Notes: a model not told the origin generated them from the letters alone. Positions 26,986-37,729 are shown, counted from the stretch's first letter. The stretch: 64,000 nt of DNA from an uncultured Spirochaetota bacterium (GCA_963820525.1 CAWGAA010000001.1:1536001-1600000), one strand, 5' to 3'. Made by a program: numbers and translations.

Positions 26986-28053
26986 GTGGCAAAGATCAAT
27001 TTCGGCGGCGTCTGGGAAGAGGTGGTCACGCGGGACGAGTTTCCGCTGAAGAAGGCCAAGGAAGCCCTCAAGAACGAGACGATCGCCGTCATCGGCTACG
27101 GCGTGCAGGGGCCGGCGCAGTCGCTGAACATGCGGGACAACGGCTTCAAGGTCATCATCGGCCAGGCCCCCCAGTTCAAGCGGGAATGGGACAAGGCGAT
27201 CAAGGACGGCTGGGTCCCGGGAAAGACGCTGTTCCCCATCGAGGAGGCGGCAAAGAAGGCCACCGTGATCCAGTACCTGGTGTCCGACGCGGGCCAGAAG
27301 GTCGTGTGGCCCGCCCTCAAGGAATGCCTGAAGCCGGGAGATGCGTTATATTTTTCACACGGGTTTTCCATCGTGTACAAGGAACAGACCGGCGTCATCC
27401 CGCCCAAGGACGTCGACGTCATTCTCGTGGCACCCAAGGGGTCGGGAGCGAGCGTGCGGGCCAACTTCCTGGCCAAGAGCGGCATCAACTCCAGCTACGC
27501 AGTCTTTCAGGATGCCACGGGCCGCGCCACCGAGCGGACCCTCGCCCTCGGCATCGCAATCGGCTCGGGCTACCTCTTCCCCACCACCTTCGAGAACGAG
27601 GTGTACAGCGATCTCACCGGAGAGCGCGGCGTGCTGATGGGCGCCCTGGCCGGGATCATGGAGGCGCAGTACGACGTGCTGCGCGTGCACGGGCACTCCC
27701 CCAGCGAGGCGTTCAACGAGACAGTGGAGGAGCTCACCCAGAGCCTCATCCGGCTGGTGGCGGAAAATGGGATGGACTGGATGTACTCGAACTGCAGCAC
27801 CACGGCCCAGCGGGGAGCCCTGGATTGGAAGCCCCGTTTCAAGGCCGCCGTGGCGCCGGTGTTCAAGCAGCTCTACGATTCGGTGAAGACGGGCAAGGAG
27901 ACCGAGATCGTGATCCGGGTGAACAGCGCGCCCGACTACCGCGAGAAGCTGGAAGCGGAGCTCAAGCTGATCCACGACTCGGAGATGTGGCAGGCGGGAG
28001 CCGCGGTTCGCTCGCTGCGCCCCGAGAACTGGCACTCAAAGAAAGGGAAGTGA
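26986..28053 (+). CDS. ilvC: Ketol-acid reductoisomerase
   Basis: IGYGVQG, FSHGF, VAPKG, EVYSDLTGERG, CSTTAQRG. Confidence 0.97.
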   Translation: MAKINFGGVWEEVVTRDEFPLKKAKEALKNETIAVIGYGVQGPAQSLNMRDNGFKVIIGQAPQFKREWDKAIKDGWVPGKTLFPIEEAAKKATVIQYLVSDAGQKVVWPALKECLKPGDALYFSHGFSIVYKEQTGVIPPKDVDVILVAPKGSGASVRANFLAKSGINSSYAVFQDATGRATERTLALGIAIGSGYLFPTTFENEVYSDLTGERGVLMGALAGIMEAQYDVLRVHGHSPSEAFNETVEELTQSLIRLVAENGMDWMYSNCSTTAQRGALDWKPRFKAAVAPVFKQLYDSVKTGKETEIVIRVNSAPDYREKLEAELKLIHDSEMWQAGAAVRSLRPENWHSKKGK

Positions 28054-28128
28054 TCTCGCGGCCACATCTCTTGCAGCATGCGGGAGCGGCAGCGCGGGCT
28101 TCACGATGGAAGCCGTAAGGAGATTTCA

Positions 28129-29958
28129 ATGGCGATACCCTTGAGAAGCGCGACGACACTCGTCGGGCGGCGGATGGCGGGGGCGAGGAGCCTCTGGCGG
28201 GCAACCGGCATGCGGGACGAGCACATGGGCAGGCCCGTCATCGCAGTGGTCAATTCATTCACGCAGTTCGTTCCGGGACACACCCACCTGCACGAGATCG
28301 GGCAGCGCGTGAAGGCCCTGATCGAGGCCCAGGGGTGCTTTGCCGCGGAGTTCGACACCATCGCCATCGATGACGGAATCGCGATGGGCCACAATGGGAT
28401 GCTCTACTCCCTGCCCTCCCGCGAGCTGATCGCAGACAGCGTCGAGTACATGGTCAATGCCCATACGGCGGACGCCATGGTGTGCATTTCAAACTGCGAC
28501 AAGATAACGCCGGGGATGCTCATGGCCGCAATGAGGCTGAACATCCCCACCATCTTCGTCTCCGGCGGGCCCATGGAGGCCGGGGTCCGGGGAAACAAGC
28601 GCTACGACCTGGTGGATGCCATGGTGCAGTCCGCTGACCCATCGGTCTCGGACGAAGAGGTGGCGGCCATCGAGAACATCGCCTGCCCTACGTGTGGAAG
28701 CTGCTCCGGGATGTTCACGGCAAACTCGATGAACTGCCTCAACGAGGCACTGGGAATGGCCCTTGCGGGAAACGGCACGGTTGTGGCCACTCATGCAAAC
28801 CGCCTGCGCCTCTTCGAGAAGGCTGCCAAGAGGATCGTCGAGATGGCGGACGCCTGGTATTTCAACGAAGACGCCTCCGTGCTCCCCCGCTCGATCGCCA
28901 CCAAGGCCGCATTCAAGAACGCGATGGCCCTGGACATTGCAATGGGCGGCTCCACCAACACGGTTCTGCACCTCCTGGCGATCGCCCGGGAAGCCGGGGT
29001 CGACTTCACCATGACGGACATCGACGCTCTCTCCCGCAAGATCCCCTGCCTCTGCAAGGTCGCGCCCAGCTCCTCCTACCACGTGGAAGACGTCAACAGG
29101 GCCGGCGGGATCCTCGGCATCCTGGCAGAGCTCGACCGGGGAGGCCTGCTGGACACCTCGGTCCCGCGCGCGGACGGGCTGATCTTGAAGAAGGCCCTCC
29201 AGAGCTGCGACGTTCGCTCTTCTTCTGTCACCAAGGAGGCGATAGAGACGTACAGGAGCGCCCCGGGGGGAAGGCGCAGCCTCACGATGGGCTCCCAGTC
29301 GGTGGCCTTCGCAGAGCTTGATACGGATCGCGAGAAGGGCTGCATTCGCGATATCGCCCACTGCTACTACCCCGATGGCGGCCTGGCCGTTCTGTACGGC
29401 AATATCGCCGAGCGTGGATCCATCGTGAAGACGGCCGGTGTCGATCCCTCGATCTTCACCTTCAAGGGACCGGCCCGCGTGTTCTCCTCCCAGGAAGAGG
29501 CCAGCGATGGAATCCTCGGCGGACGGGTGAAGGCGGGAGACGTGGTCGTGATCCGTTACGAAGGCCCCAAGGGAGGGCCCGGCATGCAGGAGATGCTCTA
29601 CCCCACATCCTACATCAAGGCCATGCACCTGGGAGACAAGTGCGCCCTAGTCACGGACGGAAGGTTCTCAGGAGGAACATCGGGATTGTCGATCGGCCAT
29701 GTCTCTCCCGAGGCGGCCGAGGGCGGCGCGCTCGCGCTTCTGCGCGACGACGACGTCATAGCGATCGACATCGCGAAGCGCTCCATCAACGTGGAGCTTT
29801 CAAAGAAGGATCTCGAGCACAGGCGCGCCGAAGAGAAAGCGCTGGGCAAGGACGCCTTCACTCCGCGCGGCCGCGAGCGCGAGGTCTCCCTTGCGCTCAA
29901 GGTGTACGCCCTGCTCGCCTCATCGGCGGACACCGGCGCGGTGAGGAAGCTGCCCTAG
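28129..29958 (+). CDS. ilvD: Dihydroxy-acid dehydratase
   Basis: [37 protein letters not shown]. Confidence 0.97.
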   Translation: MAIPLRSATTLVGRRMAGARSLWRATGMRDEHMGRPVIAVVNSFTQFVPGHTHLHEIGQRVKALIEAQGCFAAEFDTIAIDDGIAMGHNGMLYSLPSRELIADSVEYMVNAHTADAMVCISNCDKITPGMLMAAMRLNIPTIFVSGGPMEAGVRGNKRYDLVDAMVQSADPSVSDEEVAAIENIACPTCGSCSGMFTANSMNCLNEALGMALAGNGTVVATHANRLRLFEKAAKRIVEMADAWYFNEDASVLPRSIATKAAFKNAMALDIAMGGSTNTVLHLLAIAREAGVDFTMTDIDALSRKIPCLCKVAPSSSYHVEDVNRAGGILGILAELDRGGLLDTSVPRADGLILKKALQSCDVRSSSVTKEAIETYRSAPGGRRSLTMGSQSVAFAELDTDREKGCIRDIAHCYYPDGGLAVLYGNIAERGSIVKTAGVDPSIFTFKGPARVFSSQEEASDGILGGRVKAGDVVVIRYEGPKGGPGMQEMLYPTSYIKAMHLGDKCALVTDGRFSGGTSGLSIGHVSPEAAEGGALALLRDDDVIAIDIAKRSINVELSKKDLEHRRAEEKALGKDAFTPRGREREVSLALKVYALLASSADTGAVRKLP

Positions 29959-30140
29959 CCCCGCGGCGGTATTCCGCCGCGCAGAGGGCGGAGGTCGGCC
30001 GAGGCATGGATGCCGGAAGGCCGACCCCTAGCCCCGCGGCGGTATTCCGCCGCGCTGAGGGCGGGGGGGCGCGAAGCCAGAGAAGGCGGCAGCGCCCCCT
30101 AGCCCCGCGGCGGTATTCCGCCGCGCAGAGGGCGGAGGTC
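29953..30140. repeat. Three-copy REP/BIME-like palindromic repeat
   Basis: ccctagccccgcggcggtattccgccgcgc(a/t)gagggcgg starts at 29953, 30026 and 30097; linkers are themselves palindromic; lies between convergent genes. Confidence 0.9.
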
Positions 30141-30150
30141 CGCTCCGACT

Positions 30151-30813
30151 TCACGTATCAGCCGCCGGCCGGTCCGCCCAGAACCCTTTCTTCACGGAGA
30201 GCTTCTCGCCGTCCCATTGAACGGTTCCCTCCTCGCGCAGCTTCACAAGGAGGCGTGAAAGGGTCTCGGGAAGCGCGTCGATGGCCGCGGCCACGTCGCG
30301 CTTGGAAAGATCGATCTCGTACTCCTCCCGCTCCCCGTAGTGGTCCTGCAGGAAGTGAAAGAAACGCTGCTCGACATCGAAGGCCGAGAGGCGGAAGATC
30401 TGGTCGGCAAGGTAACGCTGCTTGGTCAGGAGCATGGAGATGAAATCGCTGCGGAAGCCCTCATCCTCCAGCAGGCAGTGGAATTGCCGGCGGGGAAGCG
30501 CGAATGATTCGGCGGGGGTGAGGGTGCACGCGCTCACGGGATAGTCCTCCCGCTCGAAGAGAATCGCTTCCCCAAAGATCTCCCCGGGCTTGATGAGCTT
30601 GATGACCACTTCCTTTCCGTCCCGGGAGGTCTTGAAGAGCTGCACCGTGCCCTGCGCCTGCAGGTACATCGAGTGGCCTCTCTCGCCTTCCAGAAAGAGC
30701 ATCTCGCGCTTCTTGAAAACCATGGGGATGCAGATCGCGGCCACCGCTTTCCTGTTGCCCGCGGAAATACTCTTGAAAAAATCCGATCTCTCGAGGAGCC
30801 TGTTGATGTCCAT
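30151..30813 (-). CDS. Crp/Fnr-family regulator (HcpR/Dnr-like)
   Basis: cNMP-type domain PGEIFGE; HTH PETLSR. Confidence 0.9.
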   Translation of the reverse strand: MDINRLLERSDFFKSISAGNRKAVAAICIPMVFKKREMLFLEGERGHSMYLQAQGTVQLFKTSRDGKEVVIKLIKPGEIFGEAILFEREDYPVSACTLTPAESFALPRRQFHCLLEDEGFRSDFISMLLTKQRYLADQIFRLSAFDVEQRFFHFLQDHYGEREEYEIDLSKRDVAAAIDALPETLSRLLVKLREEGTVQWDGEKLSVKKGFWADRPAADT

Positions 30814-30931
30814 AGCGCGGGTACCACCTCAAGTATACCAAAGCCAGGCACGACGCGAAAACTCACGGCGCGACCGCGGCTTGTTTCGCTCCCGATGCTG
30901 CGCCCGGCCCCGGCAGGGATTCTCGTCCGCC

Positions 30932-30945
30932 TTGACTCAGATCAA
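30932..30945. promoter_or_regulatory. Fnr/HcpR-type binding site
   Basis: TTGActcagaTCAA between the divergent regulator and Fe-S gene. Confidence 0.7.
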
Positions 30946-31008
30946 GGCACCCGTGATCTCGATCCGCTATTCTCTTCAATGGATTTCAAAGATACGGGAG
31001 GCTGGATC

Positions 31009-31965
31009 GTGAGCGTAAGGAAAATCATCATAATCGACGAGGAAAAATGCAATGGCTGCGGCCTGTGCATCCCCAACTGCCCCGAGGGAGCGCTGCAGGT
31101 TATCGATGGAAAAGGCCGCCTTGCGAGCGATCTTTTCTGCGACGGCCTGGGCGCATGCATCGGCTACTGCCCGGAAGGGGCCATCGCGATCGAGGATCGG
31201 GAGGCGGAGCCGTACGACGAGAGGAAGGTGATGGTCAACATCTCGTCGCAAGGCGCCAACACCATCCGGGCGCATTTGGAACATCTCAGGTCCCACGGAG
31301 AAGGGAAACTTCTCGCCGAGGCCCTTCGCTACCTGGCGGATGAGGGCATCGAGCTTCCGGCCGGCTTCAGCGCAAAAGAGGAGCCCGAACATCATTCCGG
31401 GTGTCCCGGCGCCCGGGCCATGGAGATTGCACACGCGGGGACGGAAGACCCTGCGCCCCACGCAGGCTCCGAGCTCTCCAATTGGCCCGTGCAGCTCCAC
31501 CTCATCCCGCCGACTTCTCCTCTTTTCGCGGGCAAGGACGTCATTGTGGCTGCGGACTGCGTTGCCTACGCCTGCGGCTCCTTCCATCAGAGCTGGCTTC
31601 GGGGAAAGACCCTTGCGATCGCCTGCCCGAAGCTCGACGATGGAATGGACGTGTACCGGGAAAAGATCACCGCATTGATCGACCATGCAAAGATCAACAC
31701 CCTCACCGTCATGATGATGGAGGTCCCCTGCTGCCGAGGCCTCTTCGCCATCGCGGAGCAAGCGCTGCAAAAGGCTCACAGGAAAATCCCGCTCAAGGCG
31801 GTTGTCATCGGCATAAAAGGGGGAGAGGTCCTCTCCGAGAGGTGGGTGAGATACGGCCCGGCGCGGCGGCCCACCCGCTATTCAGTATCCTCGGCGCCTG
31901 ACGCTGGTGCGGCGGCGTCAGAGTGCGGCGGCGCACTTGACGGATCCGTGATGGGAAGCTCATAA
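31009..31965 (+). CDS. 4Fe-4S ferredoxin-domain protein
   Basis: CNGCGLCIPNCP, CDGLGACIGYCP, NWPVQL, ACPKLD, MEVPCC; GTG start after gggagg. Confidence 0.88.
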   Translation: MSVRKIIIIDEEKCNGCGLCIPNCPEGALQVIDGKGRLASDLFCDGLGACIGYCPEGAIAIEDREAEPYDERKVMVNISSQGANTIRAHLEHLRSHGEGKLLAEALRYLADEGIELPAGFSAKEEPEHHSGCPGARAMEIAHAGTEDPAPHAGSELSNWPVQLHLIPPTSPLFAGKDVIVAADCVAYACGSFHQSWLRGKTLAIACPKLDDGMDVYREKITALIDHAKINTLTVMMMEVPCCRGLFAIAEQALQKAHRKIPLKAVVIGIKGGEVLSERWVRYGPARRPTRYSVSSAPDAGAAASECGGALDGSVMGSS

Positions 31966-32054
31966 TGCGCCTGCGCGCCTTCTGGGCGCGCCGCCGAGGA
32001 GCAATCGCGAGGCGCTCCGCTGAAAGCGGCAGGAATGCAAAAAGTGAGGCGGCC

Positions 32055-33428
32055 ATGAAACCCATTATCGACGTCCACGAGCATATCTTCCGGGGCAGGG
32101 ACATTCCCCTGAGGGGATACCTGTACGCGCGCACGCTGCAGTGGCACATCAAGCCTCTTGCCTGGTTTGTCTCCCGCACCCTGGCACGGTGCGTCAGGAG
32201 GCATGAGGAGGCGAAAAGGCATGGCATCATCTGCCACATCCTGTTCGCCCTTGTGAGGATCTTTCTTGGCAAGGGATACCTGAAGTGGGCTGAAATCCTC
32301 TCCCTGCGGGAGATTGCGGACGTAGCCGACCGCCTTGTTTCCACCTTCAGCAAAGACGGAGTCGAGCTGTACGTCCCGCTCGTCGTCGACTATGAATACT
32401 GGTTCAAGAACACGCGGGACGCCCAGATCAAGGACCAGATCGACGCGATTTCCCGCGAGATCGTGATCCCGCGCAAGGGAGCGATTCATCCCTTTGTTCC
32501 CTTCGACCCCGCGAGGGAGCTTGCGCACAGGGCCGGGTTTCCCATGCCGGACGAGCGCCAAGGAGTCAGGCAGACCGAATACGGCTCGCTCGCGCTCGTG
32601 AAGGAAGCGATCAGGAAGAAGGGCTTCATCGGCGTGAAGCTCTACAATGCCCTGGGATACAGGCCCATTGGAAACCGGGAAGTGAACGACAAGCAGAAGC
32701 GGATCTTCCGGGACAACGGGATGGAACGATACGCCGTATTCTCGGGCGATGACTTCGACGCCGTGCTCTTCGAGCTTTACCAGTTCTGCGCTCAGGAGCA
32801 GGTCCCCATCACGACGCACTGCGCATGTCAAAGCATCGAGGCCTATGACGGGGCGAGCTTCGATTTCGGCGATCCGTGCTCCTGGAGGGGAGTCCTCGAC
32901 ATGCTTCCCGAGCTCCACCTGAACCTCGCGCATTTCGGGTGGACCGAAAACCAACGCTACCTGGACGCGGGCTCCCGATCACTCCAGCGGCGGGGGGGCG
33001 AGAAGACCTGGGTGACGCGGATCTGCGAAATGCTGCGCGACTATCCCAACCTCTATGTTGACGTATCGCACCACGAGCTCATGGCGCGCCATGCCGTCTC
33101 GCGCTTCGCCTCGGATTACCGGGCGATGTTCCAGGATTTCCCCAGGCTCCTCCAGAAAAGGCTCCTCTACGGCGTCGATTGGCACGTGATAACGCGGGCG
33201 GGGCGTTTCGAAAACTTCATGGACCTCAACCTTCGGGTCCTGAGGGAAGCCGGCTTCACTTCCGAGGAGATCGAGGATTTCCTCGGCGGCAATGCTCTGC
33301 GCTTCCTCGGCCTTCTCCCTTTGGGCACGCCGCCTTCAGATGGATGGTCGGAAAACAGGCGGAGACTGAAAGACTTCTACGCGGCGAACGCCATCGCGCC
33401 GCAGGCGTGGTTTACCTCGACCGGCTGA
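32055..33428 (+). CDS. Amidohydrolase_2 family protein
   Basis: IDVHEH, GFIGVKLY, NLAHFG, LYVDVS, LYGVDW. Confidence 0.85.
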   Translation: MKPIIDVHEHIFRGRDIPLRGYLYARTLQWHIKPLAWFVSRTLARCVRRHEEAKRHGIICHILFALVRIFLGKGYLKWAEILSLREIADVADRLVSTFSKDGVELYVPLVVDYEYWFKNTRDAQIKDQIDAISREIVIPRKGAIHPFVPFDPARELAHRAGFPMPDERQGVRQTEYGSLALVKEAIRKKGFIGVKLYNALGYRPIGNREVNDKQKRIFRDNGMERYAVFSGDDFDAVLFELYQFCAQEQVPITTHCACQSIEAYDGASFDFGDPCSWRGVLDMLPELHLNLAHFGWTENQRYLDAGSRSLQRRGGEKTWVTRICEMLRDYPNLYVDVSHHELMARHAVSRFASDYRAMFQDFPRLLQKRLLYGVDWHVITRAGRFENFMDLNLRVLREAGFTSEEIEDFLGGNALRFLGLLPLGTPPSDGWSENRRRLKDFYAANAIAPQAWFTSTG

Positions 33429-33518
33429 GGAGTCTCGCGTAGCCGCTCGATGGAGCGCGCCGGCCGCCGGCATGGTTTCGGGCGCGGCAGCGAAATGCGC
33501 CCGCTCCGCGTCCCCGCC

Positions 33519-35234
33519 TCACTCCCTGCCGCTGAAGGCGGCCACCACGAACACGACGGGCGCGTTATAGTAAATGGCGATCTCGTTCGTCGAATACGAC
33601 GCCGCGTCATCCGTGTAACACCGCGCCGGCGGCTGATCCTGCAGGCTGGATCTCGCGAAGGGGTCCTGGAGGAAGCGATTGGGCCCGCCGGAAACCAGGC
33701 CCGGAACGGGGGGATCGACGTAGTCGCCGAGGGACGGCCTGTTGTGCGGGTGCATGACCGGTTTCCCGCCAAGGGCCGTCACGTAGCATTGGCTCAAGGC
33801 ATTGCGCCCGAAGAGGTAGTGCAGATCGTCCAGCGCCGCGCCGAGCAGCTCCTTGTCGGGGTTGAGCCTGTCCGTGACGATGAAGAGCATTGCCTGGTTC
33901 ATCAGGTTCATGTTGCTTCCCCAGATGTAGTCCTGCTGGCGAAGCGATACCCGATAGCCGTCGTTCTTTCTGACCGCGAGATTCGCCTTGCTGGGGGATA
34001 TGACGGCATCCTTGAGAAGCGATCGGACAATGGCTTTATCCGTCTTATTCTCCTCCGTGAGACAATATGCCAGGGTGCCGAACCCTCCAACCCGCTGCCA
34101 TCCAAAGCCCGTTTTTTTCAGGTCCTTGTCCGTCAGCGCGGCCGCAATATATTGGTTGTAGGGATTCTCCCCCGTGGTCCTGAAGAGCTCCGCGGCGGCC
34201 CAGAATCTTTCGTCCCTGTCGTTGTCGTCACCATACTCTCCGCTTGTGACTCCGGGGGGGTTCCTGAAGCCCGGGACGGAGGGATTCCCGGTGAGCCAGT
34301 TCCACGCGCTCTCCGACGCCGCGAGGCAGCGGACGGCAAACGCATCGTCGAGGGGCTGATACACGCGCGCGGCCATCGCCATCACCGCCGCGAAGTCGGC
34401 CGTGGCCGCGGCCGAGATGGGATAGAATACAAGGCTCGACATGTCCTCGTCGGGCATGGTGGTCAGCTCGGGAAAACCCGCCGAGCTCAGCTTGTGATAC
34501 ACGCCTCCCGAATCGGGATCCTGCATCTTCAGGAGCCACTCCAGCTCATAGCGCGCTTCGTCCAGGACGTCGGCAACCCCGTTTCCGCTCTCCGGTATGC
34601 CGGCGGCGTCAGAGAAGGCCGAGGGAAACAGATCGTAGGCCAGAAGCAGGTCGGCGGCCGCCACCGCGCCCGGGGCGGTATACCTTCCATAGTCTCCGGC
34701 ATCGTGCCAGCCGCCCGTGCCGTCTCTTTTCACATCGGTACCGAATATCGTGCCATCCTTCAGGTGGCACGCCCCATGTTTCCACACCCCCGCGAACTTC
34801 TCTTTCAGCGCAATTCCGCACCTCTGGAAATACAGGCCCTTTTCCACAATATCTTTCGCCCGCGCGTACACGTTCGCCGAAATGGAGAAATCGTAGGATT
34901 TCCCCAGGCCTGCCACCGAGACGTAGTATGTGCCGGGTATCGCCAGGCTGGAAAAGTCTCCGGTATAGACCATATCCCCGCTGGAATCGTCCTCGACGGG
35001 CTCCACAGCCTGTCCTGAATAAACGCGCCTGCCGCTCGCTTGATCCCGTATCTCGAAGGGACCGCCCCTGCCCGCGACGAGCACCTGCTTCGCGTCGCTC
35101 GTGCGGTAGCCGATCTGGTCGATGTGGATCGAGGGGCTGACCTCGACGGCCTCTGTCTCGCCCGAACAGATGCCCTGCGCGATGGGGAAAAGGGCCGCAA
35201 TCATGGCGATGGTGATCCGTAGTGCCGTCTTCAT
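33519..35234 (-). CDS. Glycoside hydrolase family 9 with N-terminal Ig-like domain
   Basis: Signal peptide, DQIGY, GGWHDAGDYG, HPHNR, YTDD..YSTNEIAIYYNA. Confidence 0.93.
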   Translation of the reverse strand: MKTALRITIAMIAALFPIAQGICSGETEAVEVSPSIHIDQIGYRTSDAKQVLVAGRGGPFEIRDQASGRRVYSGQAVEPVEDDSSGDMVYTGDFSSLAIPGTYYVSVAGLGKSYDFSISANVYARAKDIVEKGLYFQRCGIALKEKFAGVWKHGACHLKDGTIFGTDVKRDGTGGWHDAGDYGRYTAPGAVAAADLLLAYDLFPSAFSDAAGIPESGNGVADVLDEARYELEWLLKMQDPDSGGVYHKLSSAGFPELTTMPDEDMSSLVFYPISAAATADFAAVMAMAARVYQPLDDAFAVRCLAASESAWNWLTGNPSVPGFRNPPGVTSGEYGDDNDRDERFWAAAELFRTTGENPYNQYIAAALTDKDLKKTGFGWQRVGGFGTLAYCLTEENKTDKAIVRSLLKDAVISPSKANLAVRKNDGYRVSLRQQDYIWGSNMNLMNQAMLFIVTDRLNPDKELLGAALDDLHYLFGRNALSQCYVTALGGKPVMHPHNRPSLGDYVDPPVPGLVSGGPNRFLQDPFARSSLQDQPPARCYTDDAASYSTNEIAIYYNAPVVFVVAAFSGRE

Positions 35235-35357
35235 CTCCGCTCTCCTCGCGTCGTTTCGGGCGTGCCCAGCTCATCGCGCTCCTTGAGTTTTGCACCCGAT
35301 CATGGGGGGCTCGGGCCCGGTTGTCAAGGCGTTCGATTTCACTCTATCCTTTGGCGC

Positions 35358-36596
35358 ATGATCGACGAAGAGCGCCTCCTGGAGCGCTTCTGCCGCTATG
35401 CCCGCCGGGAAACGACCTCAAACAGGCACGCGGGGACCATCCCCTCCACGGAAGCCCAGCGGGAGTTCGCCCAGGCCCTCGCCGAGGAGCTGCGGGGGCT
35501 CTCTCCCCGTTCCGTCGAGATCGACGAACACGCGTTCGTCATTGCCCGATTCGAGGCCGCTCCCCCGTACATCGGGCTCATGGCCCACATGGACACGAGC
35601 GCCGATGCCCCGGGGGCCGGCGTGCGTCCCATTGTCCACCGCGGCTACGACGGAGCCGCCATACGCCTTTCCGGGGGGCTCACGCTGGACCCGGCCGAGT
35701 ACCCCGAGCTCGCCGGGCGGGTCGGGGACACGATCGTCACCTCGGACGGCACAACCCTTCTGGGAGCGGACGACAAGGCAGGCATCGCGGCCGTCATCAC
35801 CGCCTTGGAGCACATCACGGCTCACCCCGAGATACCCCGCTGTTCGCTTGAGGTCATCTTCACCCCCGACGAGGAAACGGGACTGGGAATGTCGCTCTTC
35901 CCGCTCTCGCGCCTGAAAAGCCGCGTATGCTATACGGTGGATGGAGGGGAAGAGGGAACCATCGAGGCAGAATGCTTCGAGGCGTACAGGGTGAAGGTTG
36001 TTTTCGTGGGGAAGAGCATCCACCTGGGAACCGCGCGAGGAAAGCTCGTAAACGCGGTTGAAATGGCGGGAAGCTTCCTCGCCCTCCTTCCCCGCTCCGA
36101 GAGCCCCGAGGCGGTCGACGGACGCTACGGCTACTACTGCCCCCTCGAGATCAGGGGCGCGCTGGAAGAGGCGGAGCTGGAAGTCTTCATCCGGGACTTC
36201 GAGGAGCATGAGTGCCGCCGGCGCATCGAGGCGCTCCGCGCCATGGCCGCGGCGGTCCAAGAGGCCTATCCCGGCGGGACGGTCCGCATCGAGCCGGAGA
36301 AGCAGTACTCGAACATGAAGCGCCGTCTCGACGAGCACCCCCGAGTGCTGGAGCTCCTCAGGAAGGCGATCTCCCTCTCGGGGCTCACGCCGGTCGAGAA
36401 GGCCATCCGCGGCGGGACCGACGGATCCCGCCTCACGGAGATGGGGGTTCCGACCCCCAACCTCTTCACGGGAGCCCACAACTTTCATTCCCGCCTGGAA
36501 TGGGTGTCGCTCTCGGGGATGGTCAGGGCCGCCGAGACAATCGTGCACCTGGCGGGGTTGTGGGCATCGGCGGGAAGCGAAGGAGAGACCCGATGA
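35358..36596 (+). CDS. pepT: Peptidase T
   Basis: AHMDT, LLGADDKAG, TPDEE, IRGGTDG, HNFHS. Confidence 0.95.
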   Translation: MIDEERLLERFCRYARRETTSNRHAGTIPSTEAQREFAQALAEELRGLSPRSVEIDEHAFVIARFEAAPPYIGLMAHMDTSADAPGAGVRPIVHRGYDGAAIRLSGGLTLDPAEYPELAGRVGDTIVTSDGTTLLGADDKAGIAAVITALEHITAHPEIPRCSLEVIFTPDEETGLGMSLFPLSRLKSRVCYTVDGGEEGTIEAECFEAYRVKVVFVGKSIHLGTARGKLVNAVEMAGSFLALLPRSESPEAVDGRYGYYCPLEIRGALEEAELEVFIRDFEEHECRRRIEALRAMAAAVQEAYPGGTVRIEPEKQYSNMKRRLDEHPRVLELLRKAISLSGLTPVEKAIRGGTDGSRLTEMGVPTPNLFTGAHNFHSRLEWVSLSGMVRAAETIVHLAGLWASAGSEGETR

Positions 36597-37723
36597 GCAG
36601 CCTGGTGTGGGTGGAGCTGGATGGGAAGGCCCCAGAAAGCAACCTCGGGGAGCTCCGCAGGGGCTCCGCCCCCGGAGTGAAGTTCTGTGCGGTGGTGAAG
36701 GCCAATGCCTATGGACACGGTGTTTCAGAAATGGTGGGGCTTCTCCCTTCGGCGGACTGGTTCGGGGTGAACTCCCTGGATGAAGGCTTGAAGCTCCGCA
36801 GCCTGGGGGTTTCCCGGCCAATCGTGCTCCTGGGCCACGTCCCTCTAGATCGCCTGGCCGAGGCGGTTGAAGGGGACTTGAGCATCACCGTCTTCAACAG
36901 GGAGACCATCGAGAAGCTCTCCACCCTCCCCCGCTCGATGCGGCAGGCCAAGGTCCACCTCAAGGTGGAGACGGGCACGGGCCGTCAGGGCATTCTTCCC
37001 TGCGACCTGGAAGGCTTCCTCGAATCGCTCGCCGCCGCGGCAAACGTGCGCCTCGAGGGCCTTTCGACTCACTTCGCCAACATCGAGGATACCCTGAATC
37101 ACGCCTACGCCGACATGCAGCTGGAGGTCTTCACCCAGGCCCTCGCCACCGTTGAGAAGCTCGCCGGCAGGCCGCCCATCGTGCATACGGCGAGCACGGC
37201 CGCCACCATCCTCTTTCCCAAGACCCATTTCACGATGCTGCGGGTCGGCATCGGGCTGTACGGGCTGTGGCCGTCGCGGGAGACCTATCTTTCCGCGCGG
37301 CAGGACAGGCAGCCGGTGCCGCGCCTTGTACCCGTGCTTGCCTGGAAGACGAGAATAGTTCAGGTGAAGAAGCTCCCCGAGGGAAGCTACGTGGGCTACG
37401 GGTGCAGCTACAGGACCACGCGTGAGACCGTTGTGGGCGTCCTTCCCATGGGATACTCGGATGGATACGACAGGGCCCTGGGCAACAGGGCATACGTGCT
37501 GGTGCGCGGAAAGCGGGCGCCGGTCATCGGCAGAATCTGCATGAACCTCACCATGGTGGACCTCACCGATATTCCCGGGGCGCGCCTGGAAGAGGAGGTC
37601 GTCCTGCTCGGCGCCTCGGGAGAAGAGCGGATCAGCGTGGAGACGATGGCAGAATGGGCCGGGACGATAAACTATGAGATCGTTGCGAGGATCAGCACTC
37701 TCATTCCCCGAGTTGTCGTCTAG
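36593..37723 (+). CDS. alr: Alanine racemase
   Basis: AVVKANAYGHG, HLKVETG, VGYG, GRICMN, TINYE. Confidence 0.95.
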   Translation: MSSLVWVELDGKAPESNLGELRRGSAPGVKFCAVVKANAYGHGVSEMVGLLPSADWFGVNSLDEGLKLRSLGVSRPIVLLGHVPLDRLAEAVEGDLSITVFNRETIEKLSTLPRSMRQAKVHLKVETGTGRQGILPCDLEGFLESLAAAANVRLEGLSTHFANIEDTLNHAYADMQLEVFTQALATVEKLAGRPPIVHTASTAATILFPKTHFTMLRVGIGLYGLWPSRETYLSARQDRQPVPRLVPVLAWKTRIVQVKKLPEGSYVGYGCSYRTTRETVVGVLPMGYSDGYDRALGNRAYVLVRGKRAPVIGRICMNLTMVDLTDIPGARLEEEVVLLGASGEERISVETMAEWAGTINYEIVARISTLIPRVVV

Positions 37724-37729
37724 CGGGCG

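Noticed and set aside
25947..28118. 723-aa ORF and other long overlapping ORFs (24691..26262, 33450..35018, 40863..42491, 51251..52912, 54600..56141)
   Set aside because: Shadow frames of recognisable genes in high-GC DNA; low-complexity R/G/P-rich translations.
29953..30140. CRISPR array
   Set aside because: Only three units, very GC-rich, linkers are palindromic, no leader or cas genes, and it lies between convergent stops.
31850..31965. Extra C-terminal domain on the Fe-S protein
   Set aside because: Low-complexity tail, more likely a lost stop or run-on than a domain.
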